Shown one piece after another: positions 49,852 through 59,999 of a stretch of DNA of 64,000 nucleotides; position 1 is the stretch's first letter, and the number at the start of each line of letters is the position of its first letter. A program made the position numbers and the translations under genes. The notes under the pieces are model-generated. The model did not search any database, was not told the DNA's origin, and was given only the letters and a program-made list of their open reading frames with translations. The stretch is from Tolypothrix carrinoi HA7290-LM1 (lineage in GTDB: Bacteria > Cyanobacteriota > Cyanobacteriia > Cyanobacteriales > Nostocaceae). The DNA lies in NCBI GenBank assembly GCA_019358935.1, contig JAHHIK010000034.1:1-64000 (forward strand). The letters are read 5' to 3'.

Positions 49852-51312
49852 CTAACTTAATGTTGGCTTATTTAAATGCCAACTAGTTGATTGCTCGTAA
49901 GCATAAGCTACTTGAAACAGTTGGTCTTCTCGCAGCACATTGCTAATTAGCTGCAATCCAATTGGTAAGCCATTGTTATCGAAACCACAGGGCACACTTA
50001 AACCGGGTAAACCAGCAAGATTTACGGGAATGGTCATTAAGTCAACTAAGTACATGCTCAAGGGATCGGTAGTTTTTTCGGCGGCTTTGAAAGCTGTACT
50101 GGGAGCAGTGGGACACACTAACACATCAAATTGCTGAAAAGCGTTTTCAAAGTCTTCTTTAATCAGGGTGCGGACTTTTTGCGCTTTCAGATAAAAAGCA
50201 TCATAATAGCCAGCAGAAAGGGCATAAGTGCCAATCATAATTCGGCGTTTGACTTCAGCACCAAAACCAATGGCACGAGTACGAGTGTACATTGACAGCA
50301 GATTGTCGGCATCTGGAGCGCGTAAGCCGTACTTAACGCCATCGTAACGAGCTAGGTTTGCTGAGGCTTCACATGGGGCGATGATGTAGTAGCTAGGTAA
50401 GCCGTAGCGGAACCGAGGACAGGAAACTACATCAATTTCGGCTCCTAAATGTTGTAGTTGCTCGATCGCTTTATTTACAGCTTGTTCAACTTGTGAATCT
50501 AAGCCTTCGCCAAAAGTTTCTTTAATGATACCAATTCTCAGCTTACCTGTGACTTTGAGGTCTGGTTTTAAGCTGGCAGCGTAGTTGGGGATTTCAACTT
50601 TCAGACTGGTGGAATCTTTGGGATCGTGACCGGCGATCGCCTGCAATAATATTGCTGTATCTTCAACGCTGCGTCCAAATGGTCCGATTTGATCCAAAGA
50701 TGAAGCGAAAGCCACCAACCCGTAACGCGAAACCAGTCCATAAGTTGGTTTCATCCCGACAACACCGCAAAAAGATGCAGGTTGGCGAATCGAACCACCA
50801 GTATCAGAACCGATAGAAACTACACATTCTTCTGCTGCTACTGCCGCTGCTGAACCTCCAGAAGAACCACCAGGAACCCGCGACAAATCCCAAGGATTAG
50901 CGGTGAGATGATAAGCGGAGGTTTCTGTAGAACCCCCCATTGCAAACTCATCTAAATTGGTTTTACCCACCATCACTGCATCTGCATCCGCTAGTTTTTG
51001 CGTCACAGTTGATTCATAAGGCGGCACAAAATTTTCTAGAATCCGAGAGGCGCAAGTGGTGGGAATACCCTTGGTACACATATTGTCTTTAATGCCTATG
51101 GGAATCCCCGCCAGCATCCCTATTTCTTCACCGGCGGCAATTTTGGCATCCACAGCACGCGCTTGCTCTAGCGCCCGTTCTGCCGTCACATGTAAGAAAC
51201 TGTGCAATTTTGGCTCTAACGCTTGAATTCGGTCTAAAGCTTCTTGGGTAATTTCAACGGCAGAGCGTTCTTTTTTAATTAGCTGTGTGTGCAACTCGCG
51301 GATCGATGCCAT
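49852..51312 (-). CDS. gatA: Asp/Glu-tRNA amidotransferase subunit A
   Basis: [38 protein letters not shown]. Confidence 0.97.
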   Translation of the reverse strand: MASIRELHTQLIKKERSAVEITQEALDRIQALEPKLHSFLHVTAERALEQARAVDAKIAAGEEIGMLAGIPIGIKDNMCTKGIPTTCASRILENFVPPYESTVTQKLADADAVMVGKTNLDEFAMGGSTETSAYHLTANPWDLSRVPGGSSGGSAAAVAAEECVVSIGSDTGGSIRQPASFCGVVGMKPTYGLVSRYGLVAFASSLDQIGPFGRSVEDTAILLQAIAGHDPKDSTSLKVEIPNYAASLKPDLKVTGKLRIGIIKETFGEGLDSQVEQAVNKAIEQLQHLGAEIDVVSCPRFRYGLPSYYIIAPCEASANLARYDGVKYGLRAPDADNLLSMYTRTRAIGFGAEVKRRIMIGTYALSAGYYDAFYLKAQKVRTLIKEDFENAFQQFDVLVCPTAPSTAFKAAEKTTDPLSMYLVDLMTIPVNLAGLPGLSVPCGFDNNGLPIGLQLISNVLREDQLFQVAYAYEQSTSWHLNKPTLS

Positions 51313-51542
51313 GCATTGCTTCCTTTGTGACTCAAATCTTAGATTTTAGTACAATTTGACAATTTTTGCTCATAGTTTATTTTCCTGGAGTTTAGACCTG
51401 AACCCGAAGTAGAACCAAAACGGGGACGACCCAAAGGCAAGCTTACGCACCTTACAACAATAAAAAACCCCGGCGAAAGCAACCGAGGTGATTGGGAGAA
51501 GTCCAAATGTTAATTAGATACCGATACCAAAATCAAAAAACC

Positions 51543-51713
51543 TTAGCTAACACTCAAGCCAACCAAAACTAGAGTAGTGACTATCATTGTGGCAAAAACA
51601 CCCTGTACAACGTATTTGCGTTGTTCCCAAATTGCAGGGTACTCTGCATAGTACATCTGGGGTTCGGTTGCGTAGTTGTTTAAAACGCCGTCTTCGTTAA
51701 CTGTTGTATACAT
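51543..51713 (-). CDS. Ssl1498/Psb34-family small one-helix protein (56 aa)
   Basis: MYTTVNEDGVLNNYATEPQMYYAEYPAIWEQRKYVVQG followed by a TM helix; below the ORF-track cutoff. Confidence 0.85.
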   Translation of the reverse strand: MYTTVNEDGVLNNYATEPQMYYAEYPAIWEQRKYVVQGVFATMIVTTLVLVGLSVS

Positions 51714-51912
51714 AGTTTTTTCTGAGGTTTGTTACTTTATGTAAATAAATATAACAATATTGTTACAATTCGTCAATACAGGTTGACAAATAATAGTGGA
51801 TACAGGTAATAAGAAGTGCTTATGTTAAGTGGCAATAGGTTCCCAAAAAATAACCCCCGGTGACGGAGGCGTAAAAAGTTTGAGTAATTAGGGAAAATTC
51901 TGCATGAAATGC

Positions 51913-52161
51913 TCAAGCTGGCACAGAAGCTGGTAGCCTTCCTTCGACTCGCTCATATTCGTCTTCAAGCAACCAGAGTTTTGCCTCTTCGTAAGTGTCG
52001 CTCTTAAACACCAGCTGATAACTTTGGCTTGGGTCATAAACAGAGCTAGTGCCAGAATTATCTCCCAGGAGAATGAGAACGTAGGGAGGTGAAGCAGTGG
52101 GGTCTACCCATAGTTCTGTAAACTCCCAGTTATCAGCTAGGTTTTGTGCGGGGGATGACAT
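51913..52161 (-). CDS. Small acidic hypothetical protein (putative immunity/antitoxin)
   Basis: Overlaps the upstream ORF by 29 bp; WLLEDEYERV. Confidence 0.7.
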   Translation of the reverse strand: MSSPAQNLADNWEFTELWVDPTASPPYVLILLGDNSGTSSVYDPSQSYQLVFKSDTYEEAKLWLLEDEYERVEGRLPASVPA

Positions 52162-52462
52162 GGTATTTGTTTCCTTTTACTTTCATTTCGGCGTAGTAAA
52201 GTGGAATTCTGCTGCCATCGATACTGAGACGATATCCAATCGGTTCGTCGAAGTATAATCCATAGCGTTCATGCCCGCGAACAACTCCTGTAAATTCCCC
52301 TTGTGCCATGATTGCTTGAGTAACCATGACCATTGTGGTTTGATCATTAAATAGATGAGCGCTACCTTCACATTTTAGCAACTGTGAAGATTGGGGAGTA
52401 TCTGGAAGATGCTTGGCAATGTGTCTAGTGTCGAGAGTTAGTTCGCGGTCAATTAAACTCAT
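52133..52462 (-). CDS. Hypothetical protein, putative RNase toxin
   Basis: HIAKHL..IGY..YHVIPR. Confidence 0.7.
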   Translation of the reverse strand: MSLIDRELTLDTRHIAKHLPDTPQSSQLLKCEGSAHLFNDQTTMVMVTQAIMAQGEFTGVVRGHERYGLYFDEPIGYRLSIDGSRIPLYYAEMKVKGNKYHVIPRTKPS

Positions 52463-52482
52463 ACAGAGGTGTTTTGCCCCTA

Positions 52483-52857
52483 CTACACTAAAATTGTGCG
52501 GTTGAGAATACTTATCACCTCACCTGGGTTAGCTGTTGGTTGCGGTTTGCTCCAATCGCTGACTTCCGCATAGCCAACCACTTTTAAGTAGTGAATGGTA
52601 CTAGTCACGGCTCTGGGTGTACCGATAAGCAAGTGTCTGAGCGGTTCTCTGCATGGAATTGTCTGTGGGTTAGTTTCGCTTAATCCGGGTGCATTTGGAT
52701 CGCTGTTGGATAAAAAAGCTTGGATTGTAGTTTGTACTTCATAATTTGCACCAAGAGAGGGCACTGTTGAATTCGATTGTTGGGCGATGTATTGCTCAAG
52801 TTCGGATTGGGCTATTGCTTGTTCGTCAATAATGAGCGCTTGTGATTGTGTCATCAT
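52483..52857 (-). CDS. Hypothetical protein (REPLRHLLIG..GYAEVSDWS motif)
   Basis: GGAG upstream; motif recalled from cyanobacterial hypothetical proteins. Confidence 0.75.
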   Translation of the reverse strand: MMTQSQALIIDEQAIAQSELEQYIAQQSNSTVPSLGANYEVQTTIQAFLSNSDPNAPGLSETNPQTIPCREPLRHLLIGTPRAVTSTIHYLKVVGYAEVSDWSKPQPTANPGEVISILNRTILV

Positions 52858-53069
52858 TTATTTATCTCCCGTTAGTGGGGGTTTACACATGAAGGCGATC
52901 GCATGATTCTTGGCGGAATGGGCGATCGCCTTTTTAATTAGTGGCTGTAGTTATCATATTAGTCGCAACGCTTAAAAAAATCAAATTAACAACTAATGTG
53001 TTATTTGCAAAGCTTTATACCATAGTCGCAGCCGTTAATGCGCCATTTTAAAGGCGGTGTAAGTTAGAT

Positions 53070-53327
53070 ATGCTGAGAGTTATAAAAGAATCCATGCCAA
53101 TAAAGTGGCGTTTAGCAGTATTGATGGCTGATAGAGAAGTTGATTACAAGCAATTGGCTGACATGACGGGATTGCATCACGTCACTGTTAGCAAACACAA
53201 AAATATGAGAGTTATGCCAGAAAGACTGGAGCGAGAGACATTGGAAAAATACTGCAAAGCTCTCAACTGTCAACCTGGGGAATTACTAACTTACATACCA
53301 GAAAAAGGAAATAATGACCAGGAATAG
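53070..53327 (+). CDS. XRE/Cro (YozG-like) HTH regulator
   Basis: QLADMTGLHHVTVS..TLEKYCKALNCQPGELL. Confidence 0.88.
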   Translation: MLRVIKESMPIKWRLAVLMADREVDYKQLADMTGLHHVTVSKHKNMRVMPERLERETLEKYCKALNCQPGELLTYIPEKGNNDQE

Positions 53328-53567
53328 CATAAAAGCGATCGCTCCGCGCCATCGCTCACGCAATATAATCCCATAGTTAAAGCAGCACACTACCGTTGCG
53401 ACACTCGCACAATGAATTATTTAGGACTGTTATATTGCTTGTAAGTATCCGTGTGGCTGTCTGTGAATGATGATGTTTAGCATCAATTTTGAGCAGGGCT
53501 GGCACTGCTTAGTCTATTATTTATATCTATAAATTAATTTAACTCTTCGCGCCCAGTCCCCAGTTAT

Positions 53568-54926
53568 ATGGTGAAAATTATTACACGCAAATCTCTAGGA
53601 ACGCAAAATGTCTATGACATTGGCGTGAGTTCCGACCATAATTTTGTAATTAAAGATAATTTAATCGCTTCTAATTGCTTTAATAAATCTCACTCGACGG
53701 CATATGCTTATGTAACTTATCAAACTGCATATTTAAAAGCTAATTATCAATTAGAGTATATGGCGGCACTGTTAACGGCTAACAGTGGTGACACGGATAA
53801 GGTGCAGAAGTATATTGCTAGCTGTACGAGTTTGGATATTAAGATACATCCGCCAGATATTAACGTTAGTCAAGTGGATTTTACGCCGCTTGCGGGAAAG
53901 ATTTTGTTTGGATTTAGTGCAGTGCGTAATGTGGGACAGAATGCGATCGCCTGTATATTAGAAGCGAGGAATGAAGGAGGTTCGTTTCAATCTCTGGCTG
54001 ATTTTTGCGATCGCGTCGATCTGCGTGCTGTTAATCGCCGCGCTTTAGAGTCGCTAATTTACTGCGGAGCTTTTGATAAAATCGAATCTAACCGCCATCA
54101 GTTAATCAAAGACCTGGAATTAGTGTATGATTGGGCACAATCTCGCGCCAGAGATAGAGCTAGCGGTCAAGGAAATCTCTTTGATTTATTCGGGGGAATT
54201 TCTAACAATAATACAAATAATAATAAAGCAAGCAAAGCTTTTGAAACTGCTCCCAAAGCGAATCCTGTTCCTGATTTACCCCAACCGGAAAAGTTACGCA
54301 AAGAAAAGGAACTTTTAGGTTTTTATGTATCCGATCATCCGCTGAAATCTATACAGCAAACAGCGCGATACCTGGCTCCGATTAACCTGACGCAATTTGC
54401 CGAACAAAAAGAAGGAATCATGTTTTGTGTGGTTGTCATGCTAAATGGAGTCAAAAAGGTAATGACAAAAAAAGGCAACGAACCGATGGCAATTTTGCAA
54501 ATCGAAGATTTAACTGCACCATCGGAAGCGGTAGTCTTTCCTAAATCTTATCAGCGGATAAGTTCACTACTTCAAGTTGATTCGCGCTTGATTATTTGGG
54601 GTAAAATAGAGGTAAAAGACGATAAACGTCAATTTGTTGTTGAAGATGCCGAACAAGTAGAAACAGTACAACTGGTGATGCTGGAATTAACTTCTCAACA
54701 AATAGCAGATATCCAAGAACTTAATCGCGTCAGAACAATTTTGAAAGAACACTCAGGAGACAGAGAAAAAGCAAAAGTGCCAGTGATAGGTATTATACAA
54801 GCCGTAAATTCCCGTAAAGCTGTCCTTCTTGGCAGACAATTTTGGGTACAAGATTCTATAACCGCTTTTCAGGCTCTCAACAACGCCGGATTTCCAACTG
54901 AGGTAAAACAGCTTACTGCTACTTGA
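53568..54926 (+). CDS. dnaE: Trans-splicing DNA polymerase III alpha C-terminal partner (IntC + DnaE-C)
   Basis: 36-aa C-intein ending DHNF..IASN, then CFNKSHSTAY; EKELLGFYVSDHPL; OB fold. Confidence 0.97.
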   Translation: MVKIITRKSLGTQNVYDIGVSSDHNFVIKDNLIASNCFNKSHSTAYAYVTYQTAYLKANYQLEYMAALLTANSGDTDKVQKYIASCTSLDIKIHPPDINVSQVDFTPLAGKILFGFSAVRNVGQNAIACILEARNEGGSFQSLADFCDRVDLRAVNRRALESLIYCGAFDKIESNRHQLIKDLELVYDWAQSRARDRASGQGNLFDLFGGISNNNTNNNKASKAFETAPKANPVPDLPQPEKLRKEKELLGFYVSDHPLKSIQQTARYLAPINLTQFAEQKEGIMFCVVVMLNGVKKVMTKKGNEPMAILQIEDLTAPSEAVVFPKSYQRISSLLQVDSRLIIWGKIEVKDDKRQFVVEDAEQVETVQLVMLELTSQQIADIQELNRVRTILKEHSGDREKAKVPVIGIIQAVNSRKAVLLGRQFWVQDSITAFQALNNAGFPTEVKQLTAT

Positions 54927-55241
54927 GTGCAGAAGTGCTGAATTGGTAATGGGGAATTGGTAATGGGGAATTGGTAATGGGTAATTCCTCCTTGTCCTCC
55001 TTGTCCCCCCATCTCCCCACCTCCCCATCTCCCCATCTCCCCATCTCCCCATCCCCCCATCTCCCCACCTCCCCACTCCCCCACTCCCCTTTCTTTGCTC
55101 CGTCATCAGTAATTTGCCGTAGATTATTCAGTAGTAACTCGTTTTTTTAGTTACTTATGCTGATGATAATTACCTTGAGAAAATGGTATTTTTTAATGCC
55201 GTGACTATATAGCGGCAACCAGGGGAAGGAGCAAAAAAAAC

Positions 55242-55772
55242 TTGATGACCGCAAATGAGCTAAATAAATTTGTTTATTATTGTAAACAAATTCAGCCTCA
55301 AACTCAGGAAGATATTAAAAGATTTTTTCAGGGAGTTGTTGTCTTTCCTTATGACAAAGAACTTCTATTACAAGCGTATTTATTTTTGAATATTAAAGAT
55401 TTATTTCCTTTATGTTCAGAACTACTTTTATTTGAAAAGTCTCCAATTTCTGATTATACAGATTTAGGCAAGTGTGATTTTGTTTATTTAACATATACTG
55501 GTAATTTATTTATTATCGAAACTAAATTTATTGATACAGAAGCAACAGGTGCAACCGAAAGAAAAAGAAGAAATAAACACAGAAATAAAGTGTTTGAACA
55601 AGTTATCACTTTAAAAAATAGATTTAGCCACTATTGGAATATTGAATTAGAACAATTAAAGTGTGGTGTTTTTACGACAGATTCAGAAATTGATTGGCGA
55701 GGAAATGATGTTAATGTCGTAACTAAATCAATTTCTATCGATAAGCTGGAAAGATGGCGGAAAAATTATTAA
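55242..55772 (+). CDS. AT-rich PD-(D/E)XK-like hypothetical protein
   Basis: GKCDFVY..FIIETK..EQ motif. Confidence 0.65.
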   Translation: MMTANELNKFVYYCKQIQPQTQEDIKRFFQGVVVFPYDKELLLQAYLFLNIKDLFPLCSELLLFEKSPISDYTDLGKCDFVYLTYTGNLFIIETKFIDTEATGATERKRRNKHRNKVFEQVITLKNRFSHYWNIELEQLKCGVFTTDSEIDWRGNDVNVVTKSISIDKLERWRKNY

Positions 55773-55811
55773 ATAATGACTGAATATTGAATTTAAATAA
55801 TTTTTTTGAAG

Positions 55812-56004
55812 AAAGGCAGAGGGCAGGAGGCAGCTATGCTGAAGGAGCAATCGGATGGGGATTCAAACCCCAACCGATTGAATCCACCGTGTAGACGGTG
55901 GGGTTTTATACCCAGTTGGCTCCAGCCAGAAGGCTGAATCAAAGACATAATTTATACCTTCTGCCCTCTGCCCTCTGCCTTCTGCCTTCCGCCGAAGGCG
56001 GATA
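55812..56004. mobile_element. 193-bp non-coding structured insertion element, copy 2
   Basis: 2 mismatches to 5560-5752; same TTGAAG/AAT flanks. Confidence 0.85.
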
Positions 56005-56134
56005 AATAAACTTAAAGATTTTCGCCTTGGTTTGAGCGTCACGCACTGCAAACAAAAATATGGTACGTTACACTTGCGTTAACCGCACCTTATGACTTAA
56101 CAAACAGGCTCTTAGAAGTTTGCAACACTTCTGT

Positions 56135-56650
56135 ATGCGAAAAATACGATTGTTTATTGCTTCTAGTCTTGACGGCTATATTGCGCGAACATCAGGAGAG
56201 GTAGATTGGCTATTCACCGATTCTGACTACGGTTATGCTGAGTTTTTTGCCGAAATTGACACGGTACTCATGGGTAATAAGACGTATCAGCAAATCCTGG
56301 GTTTTGGAGAATACCCATACAAAGGTAAAAAAGGTTTTGTTTTCTCACAAATTCTGCAAGGCAAAAAAGATAACAATGTAGAATTTGTGGGTGGTGATTT
56401 GAAAAGCTTCATCAACAGGTTGCGTCAATCAAGCGGTGGTGATATCTGGTTAGCTGGGGGAGCGCAGATAATTCATTATTTCCTAAAACACGGTTTTATC
56501 GATGAATTGATTCTCTCAATTCACCCAATTATTTTAGGGGATGGTATTCCCCTGATTGCTCGCTGTCAAATCGAAACAACACTCAAGTTGAAAGATGTTT
56601 TTACCTACGACTCTGGATTGTTGCAAGTGTTTTACGATTTGAAAATATAA
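56135..56650 (+). CDS. Dihydrofolate reductase / RibD C-terminal family protein
   Basis: IASSLDGYIA, MGNKTY, IWLAGG, IDEL..PIILGDG. Confidence 0.92.
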   Translation: MRKIRLFIASSLDGYIARTSGEVDWLFTDSDYGYAEFFAEIDTVLMGNKTYQQILGFGEYPYKGKKGFVFSQILQGKKDNNVEFVGGDLKSFINRLRQSSGGDIWLAGGAQIIHYFLKHGFIDELILSIHPIILGDGIPLIARCQIETTLKLKDVFTYDSGLLQVFYDLKI

Positions 56651-56672
56651 CCCACAAACAAGTAAAGATAAG

Positions 56673-56993
56673 GTGAAAACTCTCTTGGTTATTGTCGTTG
56701 GTTTCTTACCGTCACTGTTCTCTTTGTGGATGATTCGCAAAAGTCATATGCAAAGAGAAAGGCAAATGAGACAAGCTGCTATGAGTCCCAGAACGCAACT
56801 AGGGCAATCTCGACTTAATTTAAGCGATCGCTATTATCTCGAAGGAGTCGGCTATCTCATCGGTGACATCAGCTGCCGATATAATGCTAAATCTGGCTAT
56901 GTACGCTGTGCTGTCAATCCGTCAGGACCTTGTGAAGGTTGCCGTTATTATGAACCAAGAGAATTCACCACCGATAACGAAAAGAAGATTTAA
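56673..56993 (+). CDS. DUF6464-like protein
   Basis: TM + IGDISCRYNA.S..RCAVNPSGPCEGC. Confidence 0.75.
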   Translation: MKTLLVIVVGFLPSLFSLWMIRKSHMQRERQMRQAAMSPRTQLGQSRLNLSDRYYLEGVGYLIGDISCRYNAKSGYVRCAVNPSGPCEGCRYYEPREFTTDNEKKI

Positions 56994-57144
56994 TGGGGAA
57001 TGGGGAATGGGGAATGGGGAATGGGGAATGGGGAATGGGGAATGGTCAATAGACTTTAGACTTTGGAATGCTTGACTTGACGCGAAAAAGTTGACATAAA
57101 ACTTTGAAAACGCACTTATCACAGCGCACTCAGCAACAATACTC

Positions 57145-58452
57145 ATGTCTCCAATCTGGACTCACAAACAAATTCTAGCGCTAGCACCGGATACGAGTTC
57201 CGCTAAAAATGCTCAAGCTTTAGCGGTGCGCTCTTTATGGTTGTCGTTGGGTTACAACCAGCAAGCTATTTGGGGTGAGTGTCAAGGTAGCGGTAGCAAT
57301 CCTTACCGAACACAGATTGATATTACAGAACTTGCTTTTAAATGTACCTGTTCCAGTCACAAACAACCGTGTAAACACGCAATCGGTTTGTTTTTACTTT
57401 TTGCCGATCAAAAAGACGCTTTTACCGAAACGCCACAAAAGACGAGCCTTGATACACCCAAACATCAATCAGATAAAAAAACTGAATCCACAAAGAAAGT
57501 AGTTGATACAGCCGCTCAAGCAAAGCGTGCCGAGATGCGCTACAACAAAGTAACTGCGGGAATGCAGGATTTAGAACTTTGGTTGCGCGATTTGGTACGT
57601 CAGGGGTTAGCTGTAGCCCAAGGACAACCTTACAGCTTTTGGGATACCGCAGCAGCGCGGCTTGTTGATGCTCAAGCGCCGGGGGTTGCTCGTATGCTGC
57701 GTGAGATAGGGAGTATACCACATTCTGGTATCGGCTGGGAAGAAAGGCTGTTGACACAGTTGGGACGTGTTTATTTGTTGATTTCCGGCTTCAAACGTTT
57801 GGAAACTTTCCCAGCCGAAATGCAAGCAGACATTCGCACCCAAATTGGTTGGACGCAAAATCAAGAAGAATTATTAACAAAAGTCGGTGTACGCGATCGC
57901 TGGTTAATTTTAGGTCAACGTGTCACCGAAGAAGATAAACTGCGATCGCAATTTTTATGGTTATGGGGCGAACAAAGTCAACAAGCAGCATTAATTCTTA
58001 ACTTTGCTTATGGCAGTCAACCATTAAATACTAGCTTGATACCAGGAACTAGTATAGATGCAGAGTTAGTATTTTTCGAGAGTGCTTATCCGTTGCGATC
58101 GCTTATTAAAATTCATCATGATGCAGCAGATCCGGTAGATATAATGCCGGGATATAGTAGCATTCCTAACATGATGCAAGCTTACGCCAAAGCCTTAGCA
58201 CGCAATCCTTGGATCGAGCAGTTTCCTGTAGCGTTACAAGCTGTAATTCCCGTGTTTAATGATGATGGTAGCTTTCGCGGTGTGCGTGATGCCGATGGAT
58301 ATATGCTATCAACAATTGGAATTAGGTCTGAACAAACATGGCAATTATTGGCACTCAGCGGTGGACATGCGGTTGGAATATTTGGGGAATGGAATGGCGA
58401 TCGCTTTCTACCCTTAAGCGCATATGCAGAAAATGTGTTTGTCACACTTTAA
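57145..58452 (+). CDS. SWIM zinc-finger protein
   Basis: WGECQGSG.NPY, CTCSSHKQPCKH, ARLVDAQAPG. Confidence 0.9.
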   Translation: MSPIWTHKQILALAPDTSSAKNAQALAVRSLWLSLGYNQQAIWGECQGSGSNPYRTQIDITELAFKCTCSSHKQPCKHAIGLFLLFADQKDAFTETPQKTSLDTPKHQSDKKTESTKKVVDTAAQAKRAEMRYNKVTAGMQDLELWLRDLVRQGLAVAQGQPYSFWDTAAARLVDAQAPGVARMLREIGSIPHSGIGWEERLLTQLGRVYLLISGFKRLETFPAEMQADIRTQIGWTQNQEELLTKVGVRDRWLILGQRVTEEDKLRSQFLWLWGEQSQQAALILNFAYGSQPLNTSLIPGTSIDAELVFFESAYPLRSLIKIHHDAADPVDIMPGYSSIPNMMQAYAKALARNPWIEQFPVALQAVIPVFNDDGSFRGVRDADGYMLSTIGIRSEQTWQLLALSGGHAVGIFGEWNGDRFLPLSAYAENVFVTL

Positions 58453-58457
58453 AAATT

Positions 58458-59999
58458 ATGAAGCACTTATGGCAAGAGATTATAAAAACAGCATTAATCG
58501 GTACTGAACGGCACACTTGGAAACTGAACGTGCCGAATCATCAGTTAAGTGAAATTTTGAGTTGTTTGGATAGCAGCGACAAAGAAGGAAGTCTACTAAG
58601 TGCGGCTGGTGCTTTTGCTCTTTATCAACGCGCTGGTAAAATATCTTTCGATAAGCCACCAAAACAAAACAGAAGTGAATCAGAAGAATTACTTGATTGC
58701 AGTCTTCTTTCTCGGCAACATCTAGCTTTAATATTGAGTGGGAATGCTAAACTTCTGCCAGAATGGTTAACAGTGGCAGCCGCCGCTAAAAAAAGAGTTC
58801 CTTCAGAATACTTGCCTCACCTGCTGACGTTAGGGCAAAAGCAAAGTAATTTACGAGCTTTCATTTTACCAGTTTTGGGCAAGCGGGGATATTGGCTAGC
58901 AAAGCATAACCCAGACTGGAATTATGTAAACAGTGAAATTACTGATAAAGCTTGGCAAACTGGTAACAAAGAAGCAAGGCGACTATTGCTGCAAAGACTG
59001 CGCGAACAAGATGCACATATTGCACGAGAACAACTGCAAAAAGCTTGGAAAAAGGAAAGTGGCGAAGAGAGAGCGAGTTTATTAGCAGCTTTAGAAATCA
59101 ATTTGAGCATGAACGATGAGCCGTTTTTAGAAGCTGCATTAGATGACAAACGCAAGCAGGTGCGAGATGTTGCGGCTAAGTTGCTTTCATTGCTGCCAGA
59201 ATCGAGATTGTGTCAGCGGATGATAGAGCGAGTTCGCCCTTTGATTATATTTAAGCACAACTGTGTGCAAGTGACTTTGCCTTCAACGTGCGATGCGTCA
59301 GCCGCTGCCAAGGGCGATCGCCAAACTATCCGCGACGGTATCGATCAATCTCGCTACAGTTCCGCATTAGGGGAGAAAGCTAGTTTATTGTTGCAAATGC
59401 TTTGTTGCGTACCGCCTAGTTTTTGGTGTAACAATTGGGGCAAAACGCCGCAGCAATTATTGCAAGTTGTGGATGGTAGCGAGTGGGAAAAGATGTTGTT
59501 GGAAGCTTGGGCAACAGCAGCTTTGAAAAGTCAAGATTCAGCGTGTGCCGAGGTTTTACTAGCAAATGCAAGTAAGTTTTATCACAGTTATTTGGGCAAT
59601 GGTGAGGAGTTAGTTGTTGGGTTGTTGAAGCTTTTAGGGCAGGATAAGGCGGATGCTTTGATTTTGCAGACATTGTTGGAGAATCAAGGTAAGTTGCTTT
59701 CGGTGAATCATCCGGCGTATATGTTGTTGAAGCATTATCAAATGCCTTGGAGTGAAAAAGTTAGTCAGCTTGTGTTATCAAGTATACGAAAATATATTGA
59801 AGCTAATAAGCAGTGGGAAGGGGGAATGCGATCGCTCTTTCAAAGTTTCGCTTTTTATATGGAACCTTCGGTTGTGGAAGCTGCGGGTGAGTTGTTGGCT
59901 GTTGTGGAAGAGGGTTCGTTTTGGCAAGATTTTGTGAATGAGTTTTTGGCTAGGTTGTTGTTTAGGTTTGAAATGATACAGGAGTTAAGAGGTGAGTGA
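58458..59999 (+). CDS. DUF5691-like helical protein
   Basis: ALIGTER, LGKRGYWLA..NPDW, DEPFLEAALDD. Confidence 0.8.
   Translation: MKHLWQEIIKTALIGTERHTWKLNVPNHQLSEILSCLDSSDKEGSLLSAAGAFALYQRAGKISFDKPPKQNRSESEELLDCSLLSRQHLALILSGNAKLLPEWLTVAAAAKKRVPSEYLPHLLTLGQKQSNLRAFILPVLGKRGYWLAKHNPDWNYVNSEITDKAWQTGNKEARRLLLQRLREQDAHIAREQLQKAWKKESGEERASLLAALEINLSMNDEPFLEAALDDKRKQVRDVAAKLLSLLPESRLCQRMIERVRPLIIFKHNCVQVTLPSTCDASAAAKGDRQTIRDGIDQSRYSSALGEKASLLLQMLCCVPPSFWCNNWGKTPQQLLQVVDGSEWEKMLLEAWATAALKSQDSACAEVLLANASKFYHSYLGNGEELVVGLLKLLGQDKADALILQTLLENQGKLLSVNHPAYMLLKHYQMPWSEKVSQLVLSSIRKYIEANKQWEGGMRSLFQSFAFYMEPSVVEAAGELLAVVEEGSFWQDFVNEFLARLLFRFEMIQELRGE

Noticed and set aside
51372..51515. Short + strand frame ..LEFRPEPEVEPKRGRPKGK.. 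upstream of gatA
   Set aside because: No convincing start; at most a remnant of an HTH-gene tail, and it cannot be supported.
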